From the NCBI GenBank assembly GCA_000432135.1, contig HF990602.1:1-51403 (forward strand): 51,403 bases of DNA, given 5' to 3'. Position 1 is the stretch's first letter; every line of letters begins with the position of its first letter. The notes under the pieces were generated by a model. That model was not told the DNA's origin. It did not search any database and saw only the letters and a program-made list of their open reading frames with translations. The position numbers were made by a program, and so were the translations under genes. The DNA comes from Firmicutes bacterium CAG:124 (GTDB lineage: Bacteria > Bacillota > Clostridia > Oscillospirales > Oscillospiraceae). This document shows, in pieces, positions 7,135-16,156 of the stretch.

Positions 7135-9285
7135 ATGGAGCTGCTGGAGGGACTGAATGCGGCGCAGCGGGAGGCTGTTTTGTCGACTGAGGGCTTTGTG
7201 CGCGTGATCGCGGGCGCAGGCTCCGGCAAGACGCGGGCGCTGACGCGGCGGTTTGCGTATCTGGTGACGGAGCTGGGCATTCTGCCGGGAAATCTGCTGT
7301 GTGTGACGTTCACAAACAAGGCCGCGAACGAAATGCGCCAGCGCATCCACAACCTGACCGGAGACGAGGATACTGGTTACATCAACACCTTCCACGGCTT
7401 CTGCGTCTCCATTTTGCAGGAGGACAGCCACGCCGTCGGCTATCCCAAAAGCTTCCTTGTGCTCGACAACAGCGATATCGACGCGATGCTCCAGATCATT
7501 TATGAGGAGCGCGGGCTGACGCTGCGCGACATGACGTTCTCCCACGCGCGGGACATGATCGAGATGCTGAAATTAAAGGAGCGGCCTGCGTATTACGAGG
7601 ATATGCTCACGCTGCCGCTCGATACGCTGAAGGAAAAATACTGGCAGGCCGAAAGCGCAAAAGATATTATTTTTTACGGCTATCTCTATCAGGAAAAGAA
7701 GTGCTTCGCGCTGGATTATAACGACCTGATCGTCTTCTCGCTCCACATCTTCCGCACGCATGAGGATATCCGCCTCAAGTGGCAGAAGCGGCTGGAATAC
7801 ATCATGATCGACGAATTTCAGGACATTGACCCGCCGCAGTATGCGCTGATGCAGGTGCTGTGCGGGTATCACAAGAACCTGTTTATCGTCGGCGATCCCG
7901 ACCAGACCATCTACACATGGCGCGGGGCCGACGTGCGGTACCTGCTGGACTTTGACAAGGTCTATCCCACGGCGAAGACCATCATGATGATGGAAAATTA
8001 CCGCTCCACGCCGGAGATTCTGGCCGCCTGCAACAGTCTGATCGCGAAAAACGCGAACCGCATCAAAAAAGACCTTCTGCCCATGCTGCCGGGCGGCGCG
8101 CCGGTTCTGTGCCACCACGCGGCCAACAGCGAACAGGAAGCCCGTTGGATCGCCGCGCAGATCAAAACGCTCCACGAGGCCGGGACACCCTACCGCGATA
8201 TGGCGATTTTGTACCGTGCACATTATATCACGCGCGGCGTGGAGGAAATTCTGCTGAAGGAAAAAATTCCGTACACGATCTACAGCGGCGTGCAGTTCTT
8301 CGCCCGCGCGGAGATCAAGGACGCGCTGAGCTATCTGCGCATGATCGCCTGCCGGGACGATCTGTCGTTCCTGCGCATTGCGAACGTGCCGAAGCGCAAC
8401 CTCGGCGAACGCCGCATGGCGTTTTTGAAGGACTACGCTGCGCAGAACGGCTGTTCGCTCTATGACGCGCTGCGCCGGAATCTGGACAGCGAGCTGCTGC
8501 GCGGGACGAAGGGCGGGAAATTCGTCTCGCTCATCGAGTCGTTCACCGGCATTTATGAGCAGATGCCCGTTTCCGAGCTGCTGGCCGCCGTTCTGAACGA
8601 GAGCGGCTACGAGGCCATGCTCCGCACGGAGGGCAGCCAGATGCGGCTGGACAATCTGGCCGAGCTGAAGCAGTCGGTCTATGCCTACGAGACGACCTGC
8701 GGCGAGGAATGCACGCTGGAGCATTATCTGGCGCACGTCGCGCTGTTCACAAACGCCGATCTCGACGATCCGCGCGATCAGGTGCGGCTCATGACCGTCC
8801 ACAGCGCGAAGGGACTGGAATTCCCGCACGTGTTCCTGTGCGCGATGAACGAGGGCATTTTCCCGTCGAAAAAGACGCGGACGCTGCCCGGCATGGAGGA
8901 GGAACGACGGCTGTGCTTCGTCGCCATGACGCGTGCACAGAAAGCGCTCTACCTGTCCGAGGCCGAGGGGCGCAATCTGGACGGCAGCCCGCGCTATCCG
9001 TCGCGCTTCCTGCTGGATATCGACGATTCGCTTTTGACCTTTACGCACACCCCGCGCGAGGATCTCATCCGGCAGGCGCGGGAATACATCGGCTTTTCCA
9101 CCAGACTTCTGGACGAAAGCAGCCTGCCGCAGGGCTTCGCCCCCGGCACGCGGGTCCGTCACGCCGTCTTCGGGCCGGGCACGGTTCTGGAGCTTGACCC
9201 CGCGCAGAGGGCGCAGCTGGTGCAGTTCGATTCCATGCCCACTCCGCGCCTGCTCTCTCTGCGCACAAAGCTGGAACGGATCTGA
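7135..9285 (+). CDS. UvrD/PcrA-family SF1 DNA helicase
   Basis: AGAGSGKT, TFTNKAA, DEFQD, GDPDQTIY, NYRST, TVHSAKGLEF, EERRLCFVAMTRA. Confidence 0.95.
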   Translation: MELLEGLNAAQREAVLSTEGFVRVIAGAGSGKTRALTRRFAYLVTELGILPGNLLCVTFTNKAANEMRQRIHNLTGDEDTGYINTFHGFCVSILQEDSHAVGYPKSFLVLDNSDIDAMLQIIYEERGLTLRDMTFSHARDMIEMLKLKERPAYYEDMLTLPLDTLKEKYWQAESAKDIIFYGYLYQEKKCFALDYNDLIVFSLHIFRTHEDIRLKWQKRLEYIMIDEFQDIDPPQYALMQVLCGYHKNLFIVGDPDQTIYTWRGADVRYLLDFDKVYPTAKTIMMMENYRSTPEILAACNSLIAKNANRIKKDLLPMLPGGAPVLCHHAANSEQEARWIAAQIKTLHEAGTPYRDMAILYRAHYITRGVEEILLKEKIPYTIYSGVQFFARAEIKDALSYLRMIACRDDLSFLRIANVPKRNLGERRMAFLKDYAAQNGCSLYDALRRNLDSELLRGTKGGKFVSLIESFTGIYEQMPVSELLAAVLNESGYEAMLRTEGSQMRLDNLAELKQSVYAYETTCGEECTLEHYLAHVALFTNADLDDPRDQVRLMTVHSAKGLEFPHVFLCAMNEGIFPSKKTRTLPGMEEERRLCFVAMTRAQKALYLSEAEGRNLDGSPRYPSRFLLDIDDSLLTFTHTPREDLIRQAREYIGFSTRLLDESSLPQGFAPGTRVRHAVFGPGTVLELDPAQRAQLVQFDSMPTPRLLSLRTKLERI

Positions 9286-9314
9286 GCCGTCCGGGCGCGG
9301 GTGGTTCCGCGCGG

Positions 9315-9536
9315 TTACTCTGTGAACGTGTACCGGATCATGACGCCCTTGCCGTCGCCCGTGGTGATGACGGTGTCGCCGGAGGCGTTTTTGCCGGAAT
9401 CCAGAACGGGATAACGCCCCTGCGCCGCAACATACGCCTCGGGGCTGGCGGCCTCGATCTGCTTGAATTCCCGTGCCGCGTGCGCTTCGCCGCCGCAGGG
9501 ATTGATCGTCTCGATCAGAACTTCGTATTCGTGCAT
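9315..9536 (-). CDS. Small hypothetical protein (73 aa)
   Basis: AAGGGG RBS before MHEYEVLIETINPCGG; 3' part of ORF 9315..10058. Confidence 0.65.
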   Translation of the reverse strand: MHEYEVLIETINPCGGEAHAAREFKQIEAASPEAYVAAQGRYPVLDSGKNASGDTVITTGDGKGVMIRYTFTE

Positions 9537-9628
9537 AAACCTTTGCACCCCTTTCTCGTTTCTGTCTTCAGTATACCACAGGCGGTGAAAAGTATGCAAG
9601 AATAGAAAATTATGGTTTTCTGGATATC

Positions 9629-10549
9629 TTACCACTGCATCGCGGCGGTAAAAATCGCGCTGAGGGCGCGCGTGATCTCCGGCAGCTGCGAGGTGGGCAG
9701 CGGGTTTTCGCCAAGACCGGCCTCGATCGTGAACGCGGGCCGCTTGAATACCTGCAAAAACCAGTCCTTGAAGCCCGCATTGGCCGATTCCGGCGGCACA
9801 GGCTCGACCGGGTAGCCGGAGGCGTCCGAAAACGCCTGCGCCAGCGCGTGAGCGCCCGGCGGAGCTGTTTCGTCCGGGCCGGGATAGATCACGGAGCCCT
9901 GCGTGTGCAGCGCCAGCATCAGCTCCGGATGGATGCAGCGCGTAAAGGCGGCGAGCGCCGCCGTCTCCGGCTGATCCAGCGGAGAAAAGCCCGCAAAGTC
10001 TCTCGGCGCGGGGGTGGACACGCCCTGCGCCTTTTTGATGCGCCGCGCCGCTTCCCACCGGGCGGGATAGTTGAGGTTCAGATCGACCCCACGCAGATTC
10101 GCCTTCCAGCCGGACGGGAACGGGATATCGGGGTACTGCGCGGCAATGTCTGCCGCCGCCCGGTATTCCGGGCTTCCGGGCGCGCAGACGCCTGCGGCCA
10201 GATCCGCCCCGTCCGGGTTGACCAGCGGGACGAGATAGACCATTGCGTTATGATACAGCTCCCGCGCTTCTGCGCCGCAGACCGCTTCGCCGTCCAGCAG
10301 CGCATTGCAGAACGTGAACAGCCACTGCCAGACGGCGTCCGACGTGATCGTCTCGTTTGCGTGGTGCCCGGCGGTGATGAGCAGCTTGCGGCTGCCGGAG
10401 CCGAACTGCAGCGCGTACACGCTGCGGCCGAAGGCCGTGCGCGTGAGCGTTTTGACGTAGACAAAAGGAAATTGCCGGCGCAGGCGCAGGAGATACGCCT
10501 CCTGCCGGCAAGAGGTCATGGAAACAGGATCGGAAATCAGGTTCTGCAT
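9629..10549 (-). CDS. M14 zinc carboxypeptidase (gamma-D-glutamyl-meso-DAP peptidase-like)
   Basis: HHANE, VPLVNPDG, WKANLRGVDLNLNYP, LALHTQG, FTIEAG; RBS GGAGG. Confidence 0.85.
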   Translation of the reverse strand: MQNLISDPVSMTSCRQEAYLLRLRRQFPFVYVKTLTRTAFGRSVYALQFGSGSRKLLITAGHHANETITSDAVWQWLFTFCNALLDGEAVCGAEARELYHNAMVYLVPLVNPDGADLAAGVCAPGSPEYRAAADIAAQYPDIPFPSGWKANLRGVDLNLNYPARWEAARRIKKAQGVSTPAPRDFAGFSPLDQPETAALAAFTRCIHPELMLALHTQGSVIYPGPDETAPPGAHALAQAFSDASGYPVEPVPPESANAGFKDWFLQVFKRPAFTIEAGLGENPLPTSQLPEITRALSAIFTAAMQW

Positions 10550-10607
10550 GGACAAAACACCCTCCAGCATATATCTATGCCGGAGGGTGCTTCTGTATGC
10601 CAAAATT

Positions 10608-11996
10608 TTAATTCTGCTCGAAGAAAACCTTCATGCCCTTGTAGGTCATGTAGCAGTCGAGCTTTGCGACCGTCTCATACGGCGCGTGCATGGAAAGCAC
10701 GGGGACGCCCGCGTCGAGCGTGTCGATGTTGCGCTTGGCCATGTACTTTGCGACCGTTCCGCCGCCGCCTGCGTCGGTCTTGCCAAGCTCGGCCATCTGC
10801 CACATGACGCCGTTGCCGTTGAACAGCCTGCGGATGCGGCCCACGACCTCGGCAGACGCGTCGGACGCGCCGCCCTTGCCGCCGGAGCCGGTGTACTTGC
10901 ACAGGCCCACGCCGTAGTTGACATAGGCCGCGTTGCGGCGCTCATAGACCTCGGAGAAGTTGGGGTCGTAAGCGGCGGTGACGTCGGCGGAGATGCAGAA
11001 AGAATTCGCAAAGCAGTCGGTCAGCTCGACGGACTGCATTCCGCAGAGCGTCTTCATGAAGTGCTCAAACGCCTCGGACTGCATACCGGACACGCCCTCG
11101 GAGCCGATCTCTTCCTTGTCGGCGAAGATGCACACGGCGGTCTTCTCCGGCACGTCCAGCTGCAGAATCGCGGCCAGCTCCGCATACGCGCAGACGCGGT
11201 CGTCATGGCCGTAGGCGCCGATGAGGCTGCGGTCAAAGCCGAGGTCGCGGGCGTTTGCCGCCGGGACGGCCTCCAGCTCGGCGGAGATAAAATCCTCCTC
11301 CACAATGCCGTATTTCTCATGCAGGATGCGCATGATGGCAAGCTTCACGCGGTCGGAGCCGTCGTCGTCCGGCTCGGGCCAGCTGCCGATAAGGATGTTG
11401 AGGGATTCGGACGGAATGGCCTCGTTCAGCGGCTTTTTGCCCTGTTCGCGGCCCAGATGGGGCAGCAGGTCGTTGATGACGAACTGCGGGTCTTCGGGGT
11501 CCGCGCCGATCTTGACATAGATTTCGCTTCCGTCCGCGCGGACGATCTTGCCGTGCAGCTCCAGCGGGACCGTGACCCACTGGTACTTGCGGATGCCGCC
11601 GTAGTGGTGCGTCTTGATGTAGGCCAGCTCCGCATCCTCATAGAGGGGGTTGGGCTTGAAGTCCAGACGCGGCGCGTCGGTATGGGCCGCGCCGATGTTC
11701 GCGCCTTCGGAAAGCGGCTTTTTTCCGATCACGGCCAGCAGGATGGACTTGCCGCGGTTGACGGAGTAGACCTTGTCGCCCGCCTTGAGGGCCATACCGG
11801 CGGTCAGCTCACGGAAGCCCGCCTTTTCGGCCAGCTCCACGGCGGACACGACGCATTCGCGCTCGGTCTTCGAGCGGTCGAGGAACGCCTTATAGTCCTC
11901 GCAGTAGGTCAGCATCGCGGCCTCGTCCTCTTTGGTGAGGCGGTCATGGCCATGCTTGGGCTGATAAAGCAGCGCCTCTCGTTCCTGTTTTGTCAT
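10608..11996 (-). CDS. M18-family aminopeptidase (own RBS/ATG, in frame with upstream coaE)
   Basis: AHTDAPRLD, GHDDRVC, DKEEIGS, SADV, LSMHAP; AAAGGAG at 12005-12011. Confidence 0.9.
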   Translation of the reverse strand: MTKQEREALLYQPKHGHDRLTKEDEAAMLTYCEDYKAFLDRSKTERECVVSAVELAEKAGFRELTAGMALKAGDKVYSVNRGKSILLAVIGKKPLSEGANIGAAHTDAPRLDFKPNPLYEDAELAYIKTHHYGGIRKYQWVTVPLELHGKIVRADGSEIYVKIGADPEDPQFVINDLLPHLGREQGKKPLNEAIPSESLNILIGSWPEPDDDGSDRVKLAIMRILHEKYGIVEEDFISAELEAVPAANARDLGFDRSLIGAYGHDDRVCAYAELAAILQLDVPEKTAVCIFADKEEIGSEGVSGMQSEAFEHFMKTLCGMQSVELTDCFANSFCISADVTAAYDPNFSEVYERRNAAYVNYGVGLCKYTGSGGKGGASDASAEVVGRIRRLFNGNGVMWQMAELGKTDAGGGGTVAKYMAKRNIDTLDAGVPVLSMHAPYETVAKLDCYMTYKGMKVFFEQN

Positions 11997-12608
11997 GGGG
12001 AAAGCTCCTTTCAGAATATTTGTTAGATATTGGTCAGCCGTGCGCGCGAATTGTTCGCGCGTTCCGGCGTTCTGGAGAATGGTGCCGCAGTGCGATTCAT
12101 AAAAGCTGTCCGGCTTCTGCGCGTCCACGCGCAGCGCGGCGTATTCCCGCGTCAGACCGTCGCGCGCCATGATGCGCGCGATGCGCGTCTCGCGTCCGGC
12201 CAGCACGCCCACCGTCGTATCGCAGAGCGCGGCCAGCCCGGATTCAAACAGGTTGATCGCGTCAATGGCGAACAGCCGCCGCCCGGCAGCCCGTTCGCGC
12301 ACGAGCCTTGCGCGGACTGCATTCCCGACGTGGAAAAAGACAATCTCATTGAGCTGCGCCATGCGCGCCTTATCGCCGAAGACCAGCTGCCCCAGCGCCT
12401 TGCGCCGCAGGCCCCCGTCTGCGCCGAACGCGTCCGGAAAGGCTGTTTGCAGCTCCTGCCGCAGCGCCGCGCCCTCTTTGGAGGCAAGCAGCGCGTAATA
12501 CAGCGCGTCGCAGTCGACGATATACCCGCCGCGCCGCTCGATCTGCTGCAAAAGCGTCGTCTTGCCGCAGCCGGTCGGGCCGGTGATGCCGATGACAAGC
12601 ATGCTCAT
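10608..12608 (-). CDS. coaE: Dephospho-CoA kinase (~11997-12608) reading without a stop into the M18 aminopeptidase
   Basis: IGITGPTGCGKTT P-loop, DCD, RKALGQLVF, RIARIMARDGLT. Confidence 0.85.
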   Translation of the reverse strand: MSMLVIGITGPTGCGKTTLLQQIERRGGYIVDCDALYYALLASKEGAALRQELQTAFPDAFGADGGLRRKALGQLVFGDKARMAQLNEIVFFHVGNAVRARLVRERAAGRRLFAIDAINLFESGLAALCDTTVGVLAGRETRIARIMARDGLTREYAALRVDAQKPDSFYESHCGTILQNAGTREQFARTADQYLTNILKGAFPMTKQEREALLYQPKHGHDRLTKEDEAAMLTYCEDYKAFLDRSKTERECVVSAVELAEKAGFRELTAGMALKAGDKVYSVNRGKSILLAVIGKKPLSEGANIGAAHTDAPRLDFKPNPLYEDAELAYIKTHHYGGIRKYQWVTVPLELHGKIVRADGSEIYVKIGADPEDPQFVINDLLPHLGREQGKKPLNEAIPSESLNILIGSWPEPDDDGSDRVKLAIMRILHEKYGIVEEDFISAELEAVPAANARDLGFDRSLIGAYGHDDRVCAYAELAAILQLDVPEKTAVCIFADKEEIGSEGVSGMQSEAFEHFMKTLCGMQSVELTDCFANSFCISADVTAAYDPNFSEVYERRNAAYVNYGVGLCKYTGSGGKGGASDASAEVVGRIRRLFNGNGVMWQMAELGKTDAGGGGTVAKYMAKRNIDTLDAGVPVLSMHAPYETVAKLDCYMTYKGMKVFFEQN

Positions 12609-13627
12609 ACCTCGATCACGTGGAAGCCCGCCGCTTTTTTCAGCCGGTTCGCGACGGCAAGGCCAAGCCCCGCCGTGTCGGGGCACTGGGCGTAAATTTC
12701 CGTGACGGCTTCGTGGTCAAACTCACGCAGCGCGTCGAACACGCGCCGGGCCTGCTCCTCCTTGTCCGCCGCCGGCCCAAGATCATGGATGCTGCGGCCG
12801 GAGAACAGGGCTTTGAATTCCGTAAAGCAGATCACACCTGCCCCCTCCGGCAGATGGGTCTGTATGTACCGTGCGGAGGCTTCCGGATCGCCGGTCACGA
12901 CCGTGACGGGGGCCTTGGGGGCATAATGGCGGTATTTCATGCCGGGGGCCTTGGGGCGTTCGCCGTCCTTCAGGAGCGAGACGACGGCCTTGTCCACGTC
13001 CACATGGCCGAGGACTGCCTCCAGCGCCTCAAGCGGCAGTCCGCCCGGACGAAGAAGACGCGGCGGCGTGCACGTCAGGTCGATGATCGTCGATTCCACG
13101 CCGACCGCGCACGGCCCGCCGTCGAACATCCCCTCGATCCTGCCGTCCATGTCCTCGATCATGTCCGCGATGCACGTCGGGCTGGGACGGCCCGAGGTAT
13201 TGCCGGACGGGGCCGCGATGGGCACGTCCGCTGCGGCGATGACCGCACGCGTAATGGGGTGGTTCGGGCAGCGGACGCCGACGGTATCCAGCCCGCCCGT
13301 CGTGCGCAGCGGGACGATGGGCTTCCGGGGCAAAATCATGGTCAGCGGCCCCGGCCAGAAGCTTTCCGCCAGCGCGTAAGCCTCCGGCGGGACATCTTCG
13401 CAGTACCGCTCCAGCCACGAGCTGTCTGGCACGTGGATAATGAGCGGGTTATCCTGCGGGCGGCCCTTGGCCAGAAAAATGCGCAGCACCGCGTCCTCAT
13501 TCAGCGCGTCCGCGCCGAGGCCATAGACCGTCTCCGTCGGGATCGCCAGCAGCCCGCCGTCCCGGATGATCTTCGCAGCGGCCTCAATATTCTCTTTTGT
13601 GGGGTCACGAAAATAGACTGTTTTCAC
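12605..13627 (-). CDS. sua5: L-threonylcarbamoyladenylate synthase (Sua5/TsaC with SUA5 C-domain)
   Basis: PTETVYGLGA, KGRPQDNPLI, FWPGPLT, APSGNTSGRPSPT, APGMKYRHYAP; GTG start after AAGGA. Confidence 0.95.
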   Translation of the reverse strand: MKTVYFRDPTKENIEAAAKIIRDGGLLAIPTETVYGLGADALNEDAVLRIFLAKGRPQDNPLIIHVPDSSWLERYCEDVPPEAYALAESFWPGPLTMILPRKPIVPLRTTGGLDTVGVRCPNHPITRAVIAAADVPIAAPSGNTSGRPSPTCIADMIEDMDGRIEGMFDGGPCAVGVESTIIDLTCTPPRLLRPGGLPLEALEAVLGHVDVDKAVVSLLKDGERPKAPGMKYRHYAPKAPVTVVTGDPEASARYIQTHLPEGAGVICFTEFKALFSGRSIHDLGPAADKEEQARRVFDALREFDHEAVTEIYAQCPDTAGLGLAVANRLKKAAGFHVIEV

Positions 13628-13675
13628 GTGTGGTTCCTTCTTGATGGTTAAGATGTTTTGCGGGGTTGTGGGCTG

Positions 13676-14140
13676 GGGGTGTCTCCGACGGCCCATTCTT
13701 TTCCGTCTTGCCGGAAAAGAATGGGGAGAAAAGGGGCGCTGGTTACGGTTTGGTGCGTACTGCGGGTACGGTTTAGGCAAGTCCTTATTTTTGGGTATTA
13801 CGAACACACGGACTCACCCTACGTGCGATTTGGTACGCGCCGCCTGTTACGATACACCAAATTTGATAGTAGTTGCCTTTGAATGATTGCGGTAAAAACG
13901 CCTTGCATTCGAAATTTGCGGGGCAGCACGAATTTGCCGGAGTCATGTAGGGGCCGATGCCCACATCGGCCCGCTGGGCAGCCACGGATTCGCCGTAGAT
14001 TCCCGTAAGAACCGGTGCGGTCTGCGGGCGGACAGAGTCGTCCGCCCCTACAGGAGAGAGCAAGAGTCGTTGTAGGGGCCGACGACTCTGTCGGCCCAAT
14101 GAGAAGTTACGAATTTTCCGAGAATTACCGTAAAAACGCT
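13676..14140. repeat. Composite intergenic repeat cluster: hairpin repeat plus three GTAG-type REPs (13946-13972, 14026-14052 inverted, 14071-14097)
   Basis: tgtagggg(c)cgac/gat...palindromes; same units at 23351-23454; hairpin shared with 1-62. Confidence 0.85.
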
Positions 14141-14728
14141 TTACCCCTGCGCAGGCTCGTTATCTGGGTCGGGGAAATAGGTCGCCATACGGGGGTTGTT
14201 TTCGATGGTGTCCGGGTCGATGCCCTTTACGGCGCACCATTTGAAAAACGCTTTGCTGAGGAACGCGTTCAGGTTCTGCATGGCGCTGTAGAGATTGATC
14301 TCCTCGTCGCCGACAAAGAGGATCGTGTTCACGCCGCCGCGCGTGAGCAGGCTCCGCTGGCCCCTGATCTGGCTGTAGCGGAACTCTTTTTTGCCGTGAC
14401 CCCACGCCTTATACAGAAAACCCTCGTCGTCAAAGTAGATGACGACAGAAAAATAAGTACACAGCAAAATCACGCCGAAGATGATCGCCACAATGCTGCC
14501 GATGAGAAACAGCGTATCCGGCGTTCCAGCCAGATTTTTGATCAGCACTGCGACGCCCGCGAAGGTCAGGATCACACCGGCCACCGCGCTTTTCCTCGGC
14601 GGGCGGACGACCTGCTTGCTTTTTTCGAGTTTGGATTTCGGAAAAATCACTTTGAACAGCGTATCGATCAGAAAGCAGATGAGAAACACGACCGCACAGA
14701 CGATCAGGACAAAGATGTATTTGTTCAC
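14141..14728 (-). CDS. Hypothetical membrane protein
   Basis: Three TM helices plus a soluble C-terminal domain; GAGGAGG RBS, GTG start. Confidence 0.75.
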   Translation of the reverse strand: MNKYIFVLIVCAVVFLICFLIDTLFKVIFPKSKLEKSKQVVRPPRKSAVAGVILTFAGVAVLIKNLAGTPDTLFLIGSIVAIIFGVILLCTYFSVVIYFDDEGFLYKAWGHGKKEFRYSQIRGQRSLLTRGGVNTILFVGDEEINLYSAMQNLNAFLSKAFFKWCAVKGIDPDTIENNPRMATYFPDPDNEPAQG

Positions 14729-15279
14729 ACTTTTTCCTCCTCGACCGGCGCGGAAATGACATACTGCACCGGGATATCAAACGCGTCCGTGTCCAGATGG
14801 GAAAACATCTGGAACCCGTAACACAGCGCCAGCGTCACGTGCTTCGGGTGGGCGGCGAGATATTTGTCGTAAAAGCCCCCGCCATAGCCGCAGCGGTGGC
14901 CCTCCGGGTCAAAGGCGAGGCCCGGCATGAGCACGAGCGCCGTCTCGTCGTCCGCCTCCGGCCCGTCCGCGACCGGCTCCGGGATATTGTATGCGCCCGG
15001 CGCGACGGCAGACAGATCGTCCAGCCATAAGAACTTCATTTCATCGCCAAACACCTTCGGCACGGCTACGCGCTTGCCGTCCTGCTGCGCCCGACGCAGA
15101 ATGGCCGCCGTGCGCACCTCCTGATTGTAAGACAGATAGCCGTACAGGCTCCTCGCGGCCTGATAGGCCGGGTGCCGGAACAGCTGCTGGGCCAGACAGG
15201 CACTGGCCGCTTCCACCTGTGCGGGGGTCATGGCGCGTTTTTTCGCGCGGACGAACGCGCGGAGGTCCTTTTTCTCCAT
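14725..15279 (-). CDS. 5-formyltetrahydrofolate cyclo-ligase
   Basis: EVRT, VAVPKV, IPEP, PGLAFDPEGHRCGYGGGFYDKYL. Confidence 0.92.
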   Translation of the reverse strand: MEKKDLRAFVRAKKRAMTPAQVEAASACLAQQLFRHPAYQAARSLYGYLSYNQEVRTAAILRRAQQDGKRVAVPKVFGDEMKFLWLDDLSAVAPGAYNIPEPVADGPEADDETALVLMPGLAFDPEGHRCGYGGGFYDKYLAAHPKHVTLALCYGFQMFSHLDTDAFDIPVQYVISAPVEEEKV

Positions 15280-15350
15280 ATGTACGCCTCCCGGGGATGC
15301 CTGCCGAAAAACAGGCGTTTTTTCTATTTTACCCCGGAATCCGTTCTGCG

Positions 15351-16043
15351 TCAACCGTCCAGCGGCGGAAAGCCGGTATAGACCTCGCCGGGCAGAAGCG
15401 CCGTGCCGCGCAGCGCAGCGAGTTCTGAGACAGTGCAGAACGTATACCCCTGCGCATGGAGCCGGTCGATAGCCTGCAGGGCGCAGGTGACGGAATGCGC
15501 CGACAGGTCGTGCATGAGGATGATCCTGCCGTCGTGCGCCTCGGACAGAACCGTCGGCAGAACGCCGTCCCACGCGGCCTCGTTCCAGTCGCACGGGTCG
15601 ACCGACCACAAAATGACCGACAGCCCCGCGTCCTTTGCCGCGCTTAAAAGCGTGTCGCCGTAAAGCCCGCCGGGCGGGCGGAACAGCTGCGCCCGCACGC
15701 CGCAGGCGTCCTCCACGGCCTTTGCACAGCCGGTCAGATCGCGCAGCGCCGTTCCATAGTCCATCTTCTGCATATAATCATGGTTGCTGCTGTGCAGGCC
15801 GATCTCGTGACCGGCTGCGGCGATGTGTGAAAGCGTATCCGGAAATTCCGCAATGCGGTAGCCGCAGACAAAAAACGTCGCGTGCACCTGCCGCTCGGCC
15901 AGACCCTCCAGAAGCCGCTCGGTCAGCTCACCGGACGGCCCGTCGTCAAACGTCAGCGCGAGATAGCACTTCGGCTCCTCCGCAGCCCGCAGCGGCTGCG
16001 CAAGCAGCGCCAGCGCCGCAAGCAGGCAGAACAATTTCTTCAT
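15351..16043 (-). CDS. Polysaccharide deacetylase (NodB family), secreted
   Basis: LTFDDGP, ATFFVCG, HEIGLHS, FRPPGG, WSVDPCDW, ILMHD. Confidence 0.92.
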   Translation of the reverse strand: MKKLFCLLAALALLAQPLRAAEEPKCYLALTFDDGPSGELTERLLEGLAERQVHATFFVCGYRIAEFPDTLSHIAAAGHEIGLHSSNHDYMQKMDYGTALRDLTGCAKAVEDACGVRAQLFRPPGGLYGDTLLSAAKDAGLSVILWSVDPCDWNEAAWDGVLPTVLSEAHDGRIILMHDLSAHSVTCALQAIDRLHAQGYTFCTVSELAALRGTALLPGEVYTGFPPLDG

Positions 16044-16097
16044 GGCGCGCTCCTTTCAAAAATCTTCTGTTAGTATGCGCAAAAGCCGTTCAGATAT

Positions 16098-16126
16098 TTG
16101 ACGCTGCGGGCAAAATAGAGTATGAT
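16098..16126 (+). promoter_or_regulatory. Sigma-A promoter for prfA
   Basis: TTGACG-17 nt-TATGAT. Confidence 0.75.
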
Positions 16127-16156
16127 ATTCATAACAAAGATTTTGTGAGGAAGCCT

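Noticed and set aside
7135..9285. Helicase as a defence system or dedicated partner of the phage Rep
   Set aside because: Ordinary stand-alone UvrD/PcrA with host codon usage, ~17 kb from the prophage and without nuclease partners
13946..14097. Repeated 27-mers as a CRISPR array
   Set aside because: Units alternate orientation, spacing is irregular, spacers resemble each other, and no cas genes are present; fits REPs
15635..16156. N-terminal extensions of prfA, and likewise sua5, pncB, 5-FCL and CYTH, in the ORF track
   Set aside because: Promoter/RBS positions and family length indicate later starts
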